Shown piece after piece: positions 53,655 to 64,000 of a stretch of DNA of 64,000 nt (its first letter is position 1; each line of letters starts with the position of its first letter). Source of the DNA: Octopus sinensis (Eukaryota); contig NC_042999.1 in assembly GCF_006345805.1 (NCBI RefSeq), positions 104,036,001-104,100,000 of the forward strand, read 5' to 3'. The position numbers and the translations under genes are program-made. Below the pieces are notes generated by a model. That model did not search any database, was not told the DNA's origin, and was given only the letters and a program-made list of their open reading frames with translations.

Positions 53655-54268
53655 CGTCATCATCATCATCGTTTAACTTCCGCTTTCCATGCTAGCATGG
53701 GTTGAATGATTTGACTGAGGACTGGCAAACCAGATGGCTACATCAAGCTCCAATCTGATCTGGCAGAGTTTCTACAGCTGGATGCTCTTCCTAACGCCAA
53801 CCACTTTGAGAGTGTAGTGGGTGCTTTTACGTGCCACTGGCATGAGGGTCATTCAGTCGGTACTGGCAATGGCCATGCTCAAATGGTGTTTTTTATGTGC
53901 CACCTGCACAGGAGCCAGTCCAGTAGCACTGGCAATGACCTCGCTCGAATGCTTTTTCACGTGCCACCGGCACAAGTGCCAGTGAGGTGACGCTGGTAAT
54001 GATCACGCTCAAATGGTGCTTTTTGTGTGCCACCAGCATGGAAGCCAGTCAGCTGCTCTGGCAACGATCATGCTCGGATGGTGCTCTTAGTGCTCCACTA
54101 GCACGTATGCCAGTCAACGAATTTAATTTCGATTTCGATTTCACTTGCCTCAACAGGTCTTCACAAGCAGAGTTTAGTGTCCAATGAATGAAAGGTATGC
54201 ATAAATGAGCTGGTTACACCCCTGGCAAAGGCCACAGGTTATGGTCTCACTTGGCTTGCCAGGTCTTA
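53655..54268 (-). mobile_element. RTE-type LINE 3' end / tail-derived repeat
   Basis: (cat)n cgtttaac.tccgctttccatgctagcatggg and acagctggatgc.cttcctaacgccaacc. Shorter copies are at about 24645-24808, 29885-30010, 38155-38335, 43000-43350, 45470-45680, 52468-52670(+), 52700-52810 and 54715-54765. Confidence 0.8.
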
Positions 54269-54919
54269 TATATATATATATATATAGATATAGATATATT
54301 TTTTTTTATTATATAGACAGCACTGTGAAGTGCTCAGGTAGACAACCTGAGATGTCATGTGTATTATATTTAAAAATAAAATTCAGGTAGGTTCAACAAT
54401 TTAGAATAATAATACAACATATACTCAGCCAGGTGATGGAATTTTTGAAGGATGCAGTGCCCTGATAGCCAATGACTGATGTGAATAGTTTATTCCATGT
54501 TACAGCAATTCTAAGTGTGAGAAAATGTGTCTGAAAGTCATGGGTGCTGCTCTGTCTTTTTTCTTTAATTTTTGTAAGTATGACACATAACTTAGTTGTT
54601 CAACAAACAGAAATTGATAAAATAGTTTATCAACTGAAATATGTATTAGGGTCAATATGATCAACTTAAAGCTCGAAGGTGGTACTCTAGCGTGGTTGTA
54701 GTCCAATGACTAAATCATCATCATCATCATCGTTTAATGTCCGCTTTCCATGCTAGCATGGGTTTTAAATCAGTAAAAAAGCAAATAATGGAGTGTGAAA
54801 GAAGAGGCAGAGGAGAAACTGTTTTGGTTGTGTATTTCATTGTATTGGATATGTGCATACTTGAGTGTAAGAGTGTATGTGTATGTGTGTGTGTGAAAGT
54901 GTGTGAAAGTGTGCATACA

Positions 54920-55054
54920 TGAGAGAGAGTGGGGAGGGAGAGAAAAAGAGAAAGAGAGAAGGGAGAGAGGGAGTGAAAGAGTGAGAAAGAAAGAGAGGAG
55001 AGGGAGAGAGAAAAAGAGAGGGAGGGGAGACATGGTGGAGATAGATAGATAGAG

Positions 55055-55090
<36 letters not shown>

Positions 55091-55106
55091 GGACAGACAG
55101 ACAGAC

Positions 55107-55150
<44 letters not shown>
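54920..55150. repeat. Purine-rich GA/(GACA)n/(GATA)n compound repeat
   Basis: Direct reading. Confidence 0.9.
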
Positions 55151-55151
<1 letters not shown>

Positions 55152-55259
55152 CTGTAATGATATGTGCATTACAACATATGTTGCTGTGGAAAGCAGATAA
55201 TATGTGTCAGACATATGTCTGTTTAAATACATGCACAGGAGCAGGTCTAAATCCACCCC

Positions 55260-55293
<34 letters not shown>

Positions 55294-55958
55294 CATATGT
55301 ACATGTATGCCCACCAAGCATAAACAAGACAAAAAGTATTAACACACATATATTATGTCAGCATCTCCTCTACTCCCACCCTATTGCTATTACTCTTGTC
55401 CTTCCCCTTATTGTATTGTTTATCCTAGCGTTTATCATTGCTATTACTCTAACATAATAATGTAAAGTCATTGTCATAGAATGATTGTAAGATTCAGAAT
55501 TGATGTTACTTTCATTGAGAAAACCTTGCACAAACAACGAAATGATTTTAATATAGGGCTACGCTATATATGTATATACATAGGCAATTATGTGGATTTA
55601 AATATATTAAATATATTAAAAATATTAAATATAATAGTTTGGGTATGAAATACCAAATATGCATATATGTATACATGTATGTATACATATATACATATAT
55701 GTATAAATATGTACCTGTTTTGTATTTTATACCCAAACTATTATATATAATATATTTAGTGTATCTAATTTGTTTATCCACATAATTGTCTCTATACCCG
55801 CTCAGCAGGATCCCTCTTATAGCCTTTTTTTTATCTTGTGGAATTGATCCCCTGTAAAGCCACTGGGGTCTAAGTTTGAATCTGTTGAGCACTATCAAGT
55901 GTTGTCTATATGGAGAATCTCTGGATCTTATCTGTGGACTATATATATATATATACAT

Positions 55959-56028
<70 letters not shown>

Positions 56029-56352
56029 TATATATATTATATATATATAATATATATATATATTGATAGAAATGGTAAGACAATAAAAGAATGAAAGAGA
56101 CCTCAATATTATGTAAATAAAGGAATTTATCAGTAATGTAATCTGTGACAATTATTCGGTTATAGCATTTTTTCCGATGGCTGGATAACTGAAGAGATGG
56201 CGGCGTAGGTTTCCACCCCAATATCCGAATTTCAGAGTTGTATCATGGCTACCAAATAATTGTTACATATTATATTTACAGATATATATATATATCTGTG
56301 TGTGTGTGTGTGAGAGTATATGTGTATATATATATTTATATATATGTGTGTG

Positions 56353-56383
<31 letters not shown>

Positions 56384-56779
56384 ATTTATATATGTGTGTG
56401 TGTGTATTTATATATGTGTGTGTGTGTATATATGTGTGTGTGTGTGTGTGTATATATATATACATATACATATAAATTTTTATTATATAGACAGCACTGT
56501 GAAGAGCTCAGGTAGACAACCTGAGACATTAGATATATATATTATATTTAAAAGGAAAATTCAGGTAGGTTCAACAATTTAGAATAATAATACAACATAT
56601 ACTCATCCATAAAACCAATGTATACAAATTATTAAAATATATTTAATGTATCCCTCATTAAAATATTAAAAAGTCTTAAAAATTTAAAGATACATAAATA
56701 TATAACAATATAATGGACATATATGGGTAGAAAAACTATACTGATGTATACAAATATATTAGCATCTTAAAAGGTATAT

Positions 56780-57170
56780 ATTGAAGACATCGACCTACTT
56801 GCAGATTAAGAGTGTTATTAAAAAGATACTTAAAAATATAAAAATGTAAAATTGTAAACCCTTGTGAAAAGGTGAATAAAGAAATGTTTAAGCCAACTTC
56901 TTGGATGGCACACTTAGCCTCTATACTAATCTTCCCTAACCATATAGAAAACCCAACCAAACTTTTCTGTACTTAAATACTTTCTCTAATCATCCTTGAT
57001 CAACTCTGAATAGCACGGTGGTAATGGCCATTTCTATTAGAATTTCAAACTTATCTGCTAATGAGGAGATATTCAACACTCATGCTCCATACTATAACCA
57101 AGCTCTAAAATGAAGTGGCTTCAAAGATAAAATATTTTATATCCCTGACACAAAACTCAAAATTAAGATT
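56780..57170 (+). mobile_element. Penelope-like element RT/thumb relic
   Basis: NFLDGTL...PYRKPNQTFLYLNTFSNHP and RISNLSANEEIFNTHAPYYNQALK*SGF, with stops and frameshifts. Confidence 0.7.
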
Positions 57171-57295
57171 GTCAGTCTCCTCATGAAAACTAACCCACAA
57201 TCTAATACTATGGCCTCCCCTTTAAATAAACCAATTAAATATTAAAAAAACTTTGTGCTGCACGAAGAGATGCAGCACGAATTTACCTCAAATTC

Positions 57296-57465
57296 ATAAT
57301 ACAAAATAAGAAAATGGAGAAATAGATTCCTTACAATCATCAACTTACAGATAATACCAATTCATATAATTTATTTACTAATTAATTGGTATTATATGAA
57401 TTGGTATTATCTGTAAGTTGATGATTGTAAGGAATCTATTCCTCCATTTTCTTATTTTGTATTAT
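57296..57465. repeat. Inverted repeat with 75-bp arms and a 20-bp spacer
   Basis: 57296-57370 vs 57391-57465, one mismatch seen. Confidence 0.95.
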
Positions 57466-58562
57466 ATATATATATATATATATATTTCAGACAATAAAAA
57501 AAAACTATGCCATTTTAATCCTGAGCATCTCTGTGTGTATCTCTGCTAGTACACACACACACACACACACGCAAATGCATACAACAAAAAGGCTCATTAA
57601 CAGACACGACCTCAGAAATAATTCTTCACCAGTCTGCTCATTGACAAAAGTGAGGCTATCATCTTAAATTCAAAGATCATCTCTACATTGTGTAAAGCGT
57701 CTTTTATTTAATACAGCAGTTTGACTCAAAAAGTATATGGTAGTTCTTTCTAGCTGGGCGGGCAATCACAAGCAGTGAAACTTCCAATTTATTGACTAGT
57801 TCGCTCGCTATTTGGTATACAATGACGATCGTTCACTGAACATAACTTCCAAAGGAAGTAAATACGACCACTGACCGAATACGCTCGTAAAGTAAATACT
57901 TTAAAAACCTCGAGTTTTTTTTTTTTTTTTTTTTAGCTTACTATAAATATATGCGACTCTATCATATTTAGTAATATCTATCCTGCATACAACTTGCTTG
58001 TGAGATTGATCAGATGTAAGGGAAATAACTCTTATTAAGAAGAGTTATCAACCCTATATCGATTCCCTTATTAGGTCTGTTGAATTGTATGAGAAATTTT
58101 AACTATGTTTTCGTATTGTATACATTCGTGATATAAGATATCATTCACTGAAATATCATATACGAATAAATTAACCCAGATAAATAGCAAAAATTATGAT
58201 ATCCATATCGTGCATTGTATAATGTATTTGACCAAGACGTTATCCGTATTGTTTGGTGCTTTTAGATTTTTGACGTCTAAAGAAAGAATTTTGTTTACTG
58301 ATAATTTCAGTTGGTTGAAGTTTTCCAGCTCACGATATTACTGATATTCTTGAATTTCTTCCCTGGTAGAGAAAACTTTGATCGATTCCTTTACGCGTAC
58401 AAAAATAAACATTATCGAAAAGTTACGTGGGAAGTCCAGCGAAGATGGGATGGTCACAGAATGCTTTTTAAAAAGAGGAATATTTAGTAAAAAGGAAAGA
58501 GAAAGGTGAAAAGGCATATCACTTGATATTTAAGACACTCAGTGTTATGAAGTAACAAGTCA

Positions 58563-58654
58563 GCCTGCATAGCCCAGTCGGTAGAGCATCACACTTTTAA
58601 GAACTGCCGAGTTATGCAATCTGAGGGTCGTGGGTTTAAGTCCCTCTGTGGGTG
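58563..58654 (+). pseudogene. tRNA-Lys(UUU) gene copy with a 19-nt intron (58600-58618), probably a pseudogene
   Basis: 73 nt align end to end with eukaryotic tRNA-Lys(UUU): TAGCCCAGTCGGTAGAGC D-arm/A box, CT-TTT-A anticodon loop, ATCTGAGGGTC, GGGTTTAAGTCCC. The insert sits exactly at position 37/38 and a TTTT run follows 7 nt downstream. There are mismatches in the D, anticodon and T stems and a TTC>TTT change in the B box. Confidence 0.8.
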
Positions 58655-59378
58655 ACAATATTTTACTTGCAGAAAGTGTAAATCCATGTGTGAAACAAAT
58701 CTTTTCGAAAGAAAATCTTTAAAAATTACAAAATTTCATTAATATAAATGCAATCCTAATTCTAAATCTAACCTTAATCCCCAACCCTAAACCCTAACCT
58801 TTATCTAATCCTAAACTGTAACTCTAGAATCTTAAATGAATACCCTAATATTAACTCTAATGCTAAACACGAACCCAGACCTTAATCCCTGGGACTTTGT
58901 TACTTTATAACTCCTTTAATAACATTAATTCTTTTATCCCCCATGAGATTCAATCGACTTATTTTCCATTAAAGAAATTCAGTTTCTGAGTTTAAATTCT
59001 GGAATATTCTTGTTTTTGTATTTCTGTCCTGCTTAACAGACACACAAATCTTTTACTAATTATATGCTCAGAAGAGCATATAGCTAAAAATGGCAGAACA
59101 TCATTTTGATAAAACATCAGATTAAATACATTACAGGGTTTTATTGCAGAGCTTTATATTCTGAGTTCAAGTAATTCTTTGAAGTAAGGTTGAGTATCAT
59201 TCTCAGGCTACTGACATATATAAAATTTGTGCTAGTGGAGTTTTAGGTTCAATATATTTGGCTGTGGGCTGATGTATGTTCCCTGCATGCAATGGTCCAA
59301 TGCTGCACACTCACAGATGTGTGACTTGAGCACATCTGTGTTATGTTGATAAATAAAAAAAAAAAGTAATCAAAGTTA

Positions 59379-59896
59379 CCGTAAATCCTCAAGCATAATC
59401 CGCATTTTTCCCCAAAATTTAAAGGTCAAAATCCCTAGTGCGTACTATATACGAGGTTAAAAATGAAAAATATTTTCTAAGCAATGTCTGAGTCTCTATT
59501 TGCTGTCGGGCAATGTTTATTCAGACACATTTTGTGATGTTATGTGCAAAAATACCTTAATTTAAGCCTGAAAGCAATGAAGTCATAAAAGAATCATCCA
59601 TAACTTGCAGTAAGCAACATTTATTAAAATAAAAGTATTCAGAACACAGAATAACATGTAACAAAAACAATTTACAAACATATTTACATTCCCATATAAC
59701 AGTTAAGAACACCATTATTGTATTATGCATGCACGGAAGTATTTGTTCGACTAGGTGCTGCTGGCTTAATTACACACGACTCAAGTTAGAGAAGGGGTGT
59801 GTATTATACACAAGGTTAAGGTTTTTCAAAGCTACAGTCCCCTAAAAATCCCCTGCATATTATACTCAAGGGTGGACTATACTTGAGGATTTACGG
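59379..59896. mobile_element. Tc1/mariner-superfamily MITE (518 bp)
   Basis: TA|ccgtaaatcctcaagcataatcc ... ggactatacttgaggatttacgg|TA. Confidence 0.8.
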
Positions 59897-60224
59897 TATG
59901 TCCAAACTCGTACAAAAGAGAGATAACTGTTTGTTTCTCTACTTTTTTTCATACATCTCTACATTGTTTTTCTTTAATTTTAATAGTAATAGTCTTGATC
60001 TAACAGAGATGTGACCAGTGGGGCCCTAGTAATGATATCTTGTCTTTTCTTCAGACATAGTATGTCTAGGACTGCATTAACTAATGTGTCTTTCACACAT
60101 AGTGAATCAAGAACTGTATTATCAAACATATCTTTTAAGTATAGTGTATTTAAAGCTGATTATACAATGTATTCTGCTGTTCTTAAGATATGTTGGATAA
60201 TGTAACCATAAATACACTACATAT

Positions 60225-60510
60225 CAGTGGTTCCCAAACATTTTCAGGCCGCCACCCACTTCCAGGTCACATTCCTAGCACCACAACCCCAACTAAGCAT
60301 CACAAACATAGACCTCTTTCTGAAGCAAATTCAAAGCAACTTAACCTAATGAACCCATTATTTTGTTGTTTTTACATGAATCGCTATTCCATTATTGCCC
60401 TACTTTTTACATGAATTGCTACCGTATTATTGCTCCACTTTTCTTCAATGCCCCCTTGGAACTTTCCACCAACCCTAGGGGTGCAATACCGCCCACTTTG
60501 GGAACCACTG
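60225..60510. mobile_element. hAT (Charlie-like) MITE
   Basis: TIRs cagtggttcccaaa / tttgggaaccactg. The putative 8-bp TSD is decayed (ctacatat vs ctattttt). Confidence 0.7.
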
Positions 60511-60658
60511 CTATTTTTATGAATAACTGGAAGGATGGTTAAAACTGTAATGTTTTTGACCATAAGTGGCTAAGAGGTGGTTCCACACTCCTCAAACCCC
60601 TGAACTCTCAATACAGGGCCTCACTACCAGATGCAGTGTAATGTCTTACCTAGGATAT

Positions 60659-60778
<120 letters not shown>

Positions 60779-61431
60779 AGGAAAATAAGTAAGCAGAACT
60801 TTGAATTAATTTCTGTGATGAATAGAGTTCAAGAGATTTAAAAGAAAGTGGTTAAGTCAAGCATGAAAATGGTAAACCTTATAGTTAAAATAACTTAATA
60901 AACGACCTCTCACACATACATATATGTATGTCTGTATGTATGTGCACATATGCATATAGGTATGTATATGCATATAATTACACACACACACACACACACA
61001 CGAAGATACATATACTCATATAAATATACATATTCACACAAACACATGTACACACGTACATACGCAAACATGTGCATACACCCATGTGCATGTACACACT
61101 GACATTGTAGATAATATTTTTCTTAACAAGAGAAAATTTCAGCAACCAAAAAACTAAAGAAGTTATTAGAAAAAGATGATAAATGAAAAAAACAAAAACC
61201 AAAAAACCCTAAAATGTTAGTAAAATAAAAAATAAAGAAAAACCTAATATTTAATGGTTGGAACCAATAATAAAGTATGAGAGCATCAACAGCTGAATCA
61301 GTATGGAAATATGGCTGACAAGATAATGTCTTAGACTTTCTGAAGAATTATGGAAAAAAAAGACCTAAAATTAGTTTTCATAATACTATATCTTTGATAT
61401 AATGTGTATATAATATACATATAATGTTTAT

Positions 61432-61474
<43 letters not shown>

Positions 61475-61653
61475 CCATTAAAAAAATTCAGTTTCTGAGT
61501 TTAAATTCTGGAATATCCTTGTTTTTGTATTTCTGTCCTGCTTAACAGACACATGAATCTTTTCATAAGCCTACTCTGGGGCAAACCTCAGAGCAGACTC
61601 TTAATTTTTCATATAGGCACAGACAGACAGACACACACACAAGCATATACACA

Positions 61654-61686
<33 letters not shown>

Positions 61687-61792
61687 ACACACACATACAC
61701 ACAAATGCCTACACATACAAATGTATAAATACAAAAAGACATGCAACTTCCTACATATATATATATGTATATGTGTGTGTGCATATATATAT

Positions 61793-61830
<38 letters not shown>

Positions 61831-62399
61831 CAGTGTACATTTAAACACATAAGAGATGGCCATAACAGAACATCTGACCCGCTAGAAAGAGTAGTTAAAT
61901 TCCAAACCACTATTAGGAGTAATTTCGAAAGGGAATGAAAAATAAAAAACATTTACCCTCTATTTCCTATACCATGGTTTCAAGCTATCTTCAGCAAAGA
62001 AAATAATTTACTTGGCGAAGCTATTGTCAGTTGGAAAGCCAAGATTAACATATAAAGATGAGGCGATACAGAACATGCCTTGTGTTTATATGTTATAATT
62101 TCTCAAAATCTACCATGCAAGCGCAGTTTTTTTATCAGCAGCAAATATAAAAAATGCCGATTATATATATATATATATAATACACATGCACACACACATA
62201 TGCACATTCATGTGCATCTAAATTTAAGCACACATGCATAATGTAAAACAATGTATAGATAAAGAGTGGTATTGTTGGAAATATATCCATGCAGTGGCCA
62301 AAGATCTTAGCAGCATAAATGAGTTAACTGTGATCAACTGGAATGGAGACTGCATTTAAGCATTGTTTCATTTAGAACTTTTTTCACTGTTGCTCATTT

Positions 62400-62995
62400 T
62401 TTGGGAGGGGGCCAGTTGACTAGATCGACCCCAGTATGCAACTGGTACTTAATTTATTGACCCCAAAAGGATGAAAAGCAAAGATGACCTCAGTGGAATT
62501 TGAACTCAGAATGTAAAGACATGAAATACTGCTAAGCATTTTGTCCAGCGTGCTAACGTTTCTACCTGCTTGGTGCCTTAGAGTAAAGAAATAATCCTTT
62601 CTACTATAGGCACAAGGCCTGAAATTTGGAGGAAGGGGATAGTCAATTATATCGACCCCAGTGTGTAACTGGTACTTAATTTATCGATCCTGAAAGGATG
62701 AAAGGCAAAGTCAACCTCAGCAGAATTTGGACTCAGAATGTAGTGACAGACGAAATACCTGTTTCTTTATTACCCACAAGGGGCTAAACATAGAGGGGAC
62801 AAACAAGGACAGACAAACAGATTAAGTCGATTACATTGACCCCAGCACGTAACTGGTACTTAATTTATCGACCCCGAAAGGATGAAAGGCAAAGTTGACC
62901 TTGGCAGAATTTGGACTCAGAATGTAGTGGTAGACGAAATACTGCTAAGCATTTTGCCTGGCATGCTAATGATTCTGCCAGCTCACTGCCTTCTT
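62400..62995 (-). mobile_element. Three tandem SINE family B units
   Basis: cgacccca...actggtacttaattta..ga.cc..aaaggatgaaa.gcaaag occurs three times. Confidence 0.85.
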
Positions 62996-63025
62996 AGAGT
63001 AAATAAATAATGTCAACACAATTAC

Positions 63026-63193
63026 CTCGTTTAACTGTTTGACTGTTTTTTCAAGGTCCCACCGTTCTTTCTGAATCAACTGGTGTTCTTGGATAACTAA
63101 AGAGGTGTTACTCTCTAGTAAGTTAAGTTTTTCCATTTTTTCTTCATAAGATGCTTTTAAAGTACACAGCTCTCCAGAAAGGTCTTCACAAAC
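63026..63193 (-). CDS. Coding exon (168 nt, phase 0-0) of an unnamed minus-strand coiled-coil protein gene: VCEDLSGELCTLKASYEEKMEKLNLLESNTSLVIQEHQLIQKERWTLKKQSKQLNE
   Basis: Minus strand reads acceptor ttttattttatttactcatttctacag, then an open frame of 56 codons rich in E/K/L/Q, then donor GAG|gtaatt. The gene continues upstream beyond 64000. Confidence 0.85.
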
Positions 63194-64000
63194 CTGTAGA
63201 AATGAGTAAATAAAATAAAAATATAAATCTATGAATCATGATGAAGAACATGCTTTGAATGACTTAGTATATTTGTTTATTTATTATTTTTTTTTTATGG
63301 TATTTTACTCATTTACAACCATTTTTCTATGCTAAATTAGATGGAATAGGATTTTGTTGACGTAATTGTCAATACAGTCTGTTGTTCTTTCTGTCATTTG
63401 TGAAATAATTATGGTGTAGGAGTGGAATGTTGTCATTTAAGTCAGACTGACACATGCAGAGTTTAAGTGGAGATGAATAACGCGACAAATGCTTTAAGCT
63501 TATAAGATAAATTCTAAATTTATGTCATAGTGTTAAAATTCAAAGAAGAGCAATCCCCATCAGACTGGTGATTATTATTTTTTTCTATATCAAATCTTTC
63601 CAGTTTACAAGTCCCACACATTACTGAATATCTTTTGTGTTATTTCTCAAATTCTCTAAATAATAAGGGAAATCCAATATTGAGAAAACCAGCAAGTGAC
63701 TCATGGCTAGGATTGTCCTACAGCCATAGAAAGGGAATTTCACATTACAACTCTATTTCCTTTTACTATCACTGGTTAGGGATTACAGTACAAGTATCCT
63801 TGTCACTTCTGCAATGGGATGGAGTGAGGGGAAGAGAAACTGAAACTTGTCACTGAAGAAAAAGTGTGCTTGAAAAAAGGAAAACTCAATAGTGCTGGTA
63901 GAGAGTATCTTCAAATGCAGTTGCTGCATGCAATACTGCAACTCCCATGTTGGCCTGTACAGCCTCAGCAGATGCTGCCATCAGCAGCTGACACAGAATT

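Overview
Eukaryotic, AT-rich, repeat-dense genomic DNA. The SINE families and microsatellite load look like Octopus or another coleoid cephalopod; this is my recognition, not verified by a search. Most of the window (about 12-64 kb) is intron sequence of one minus-strand gene. I can support four of its exons by hand: 63026-63193, 31856-31927, 26160-26225 and 12468-12629. All are phase 0-0 with canonical AG/GT, and together they give 156 aa of uninterrupted coiled-coil protein. I cannot name the gene. The rest is a transposon graveyard: a near-complete DD34D mariner, an internally deleted mariner with nested SINEs, CR1, RTE, Tx1/L1, two R4/Dong-type elements and Penelope relics, a probable solo LTR, several MITEs (Merlin-like, pogo/Tigger-like, hAT-like) and many SINE copies. 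Almost all short ORFs in the supplied track are microsatellite or TE noise. I do not see an intact, clearly novel multi-gene system. The best leads are: a decayed tRNA-Lys(UUU) gene with a canonical 19-nt intron; minimal hammerhead-like motifs and perfect palindromes linked to Penelope-type DNA; Merlin-like foldback/MITE elements with 8-bp TSDs and telomere-like repeat cores; a candidate recursive splice site in the 31-kb intron; and a sharp CpG-depletion boundary near 11.7 kb.
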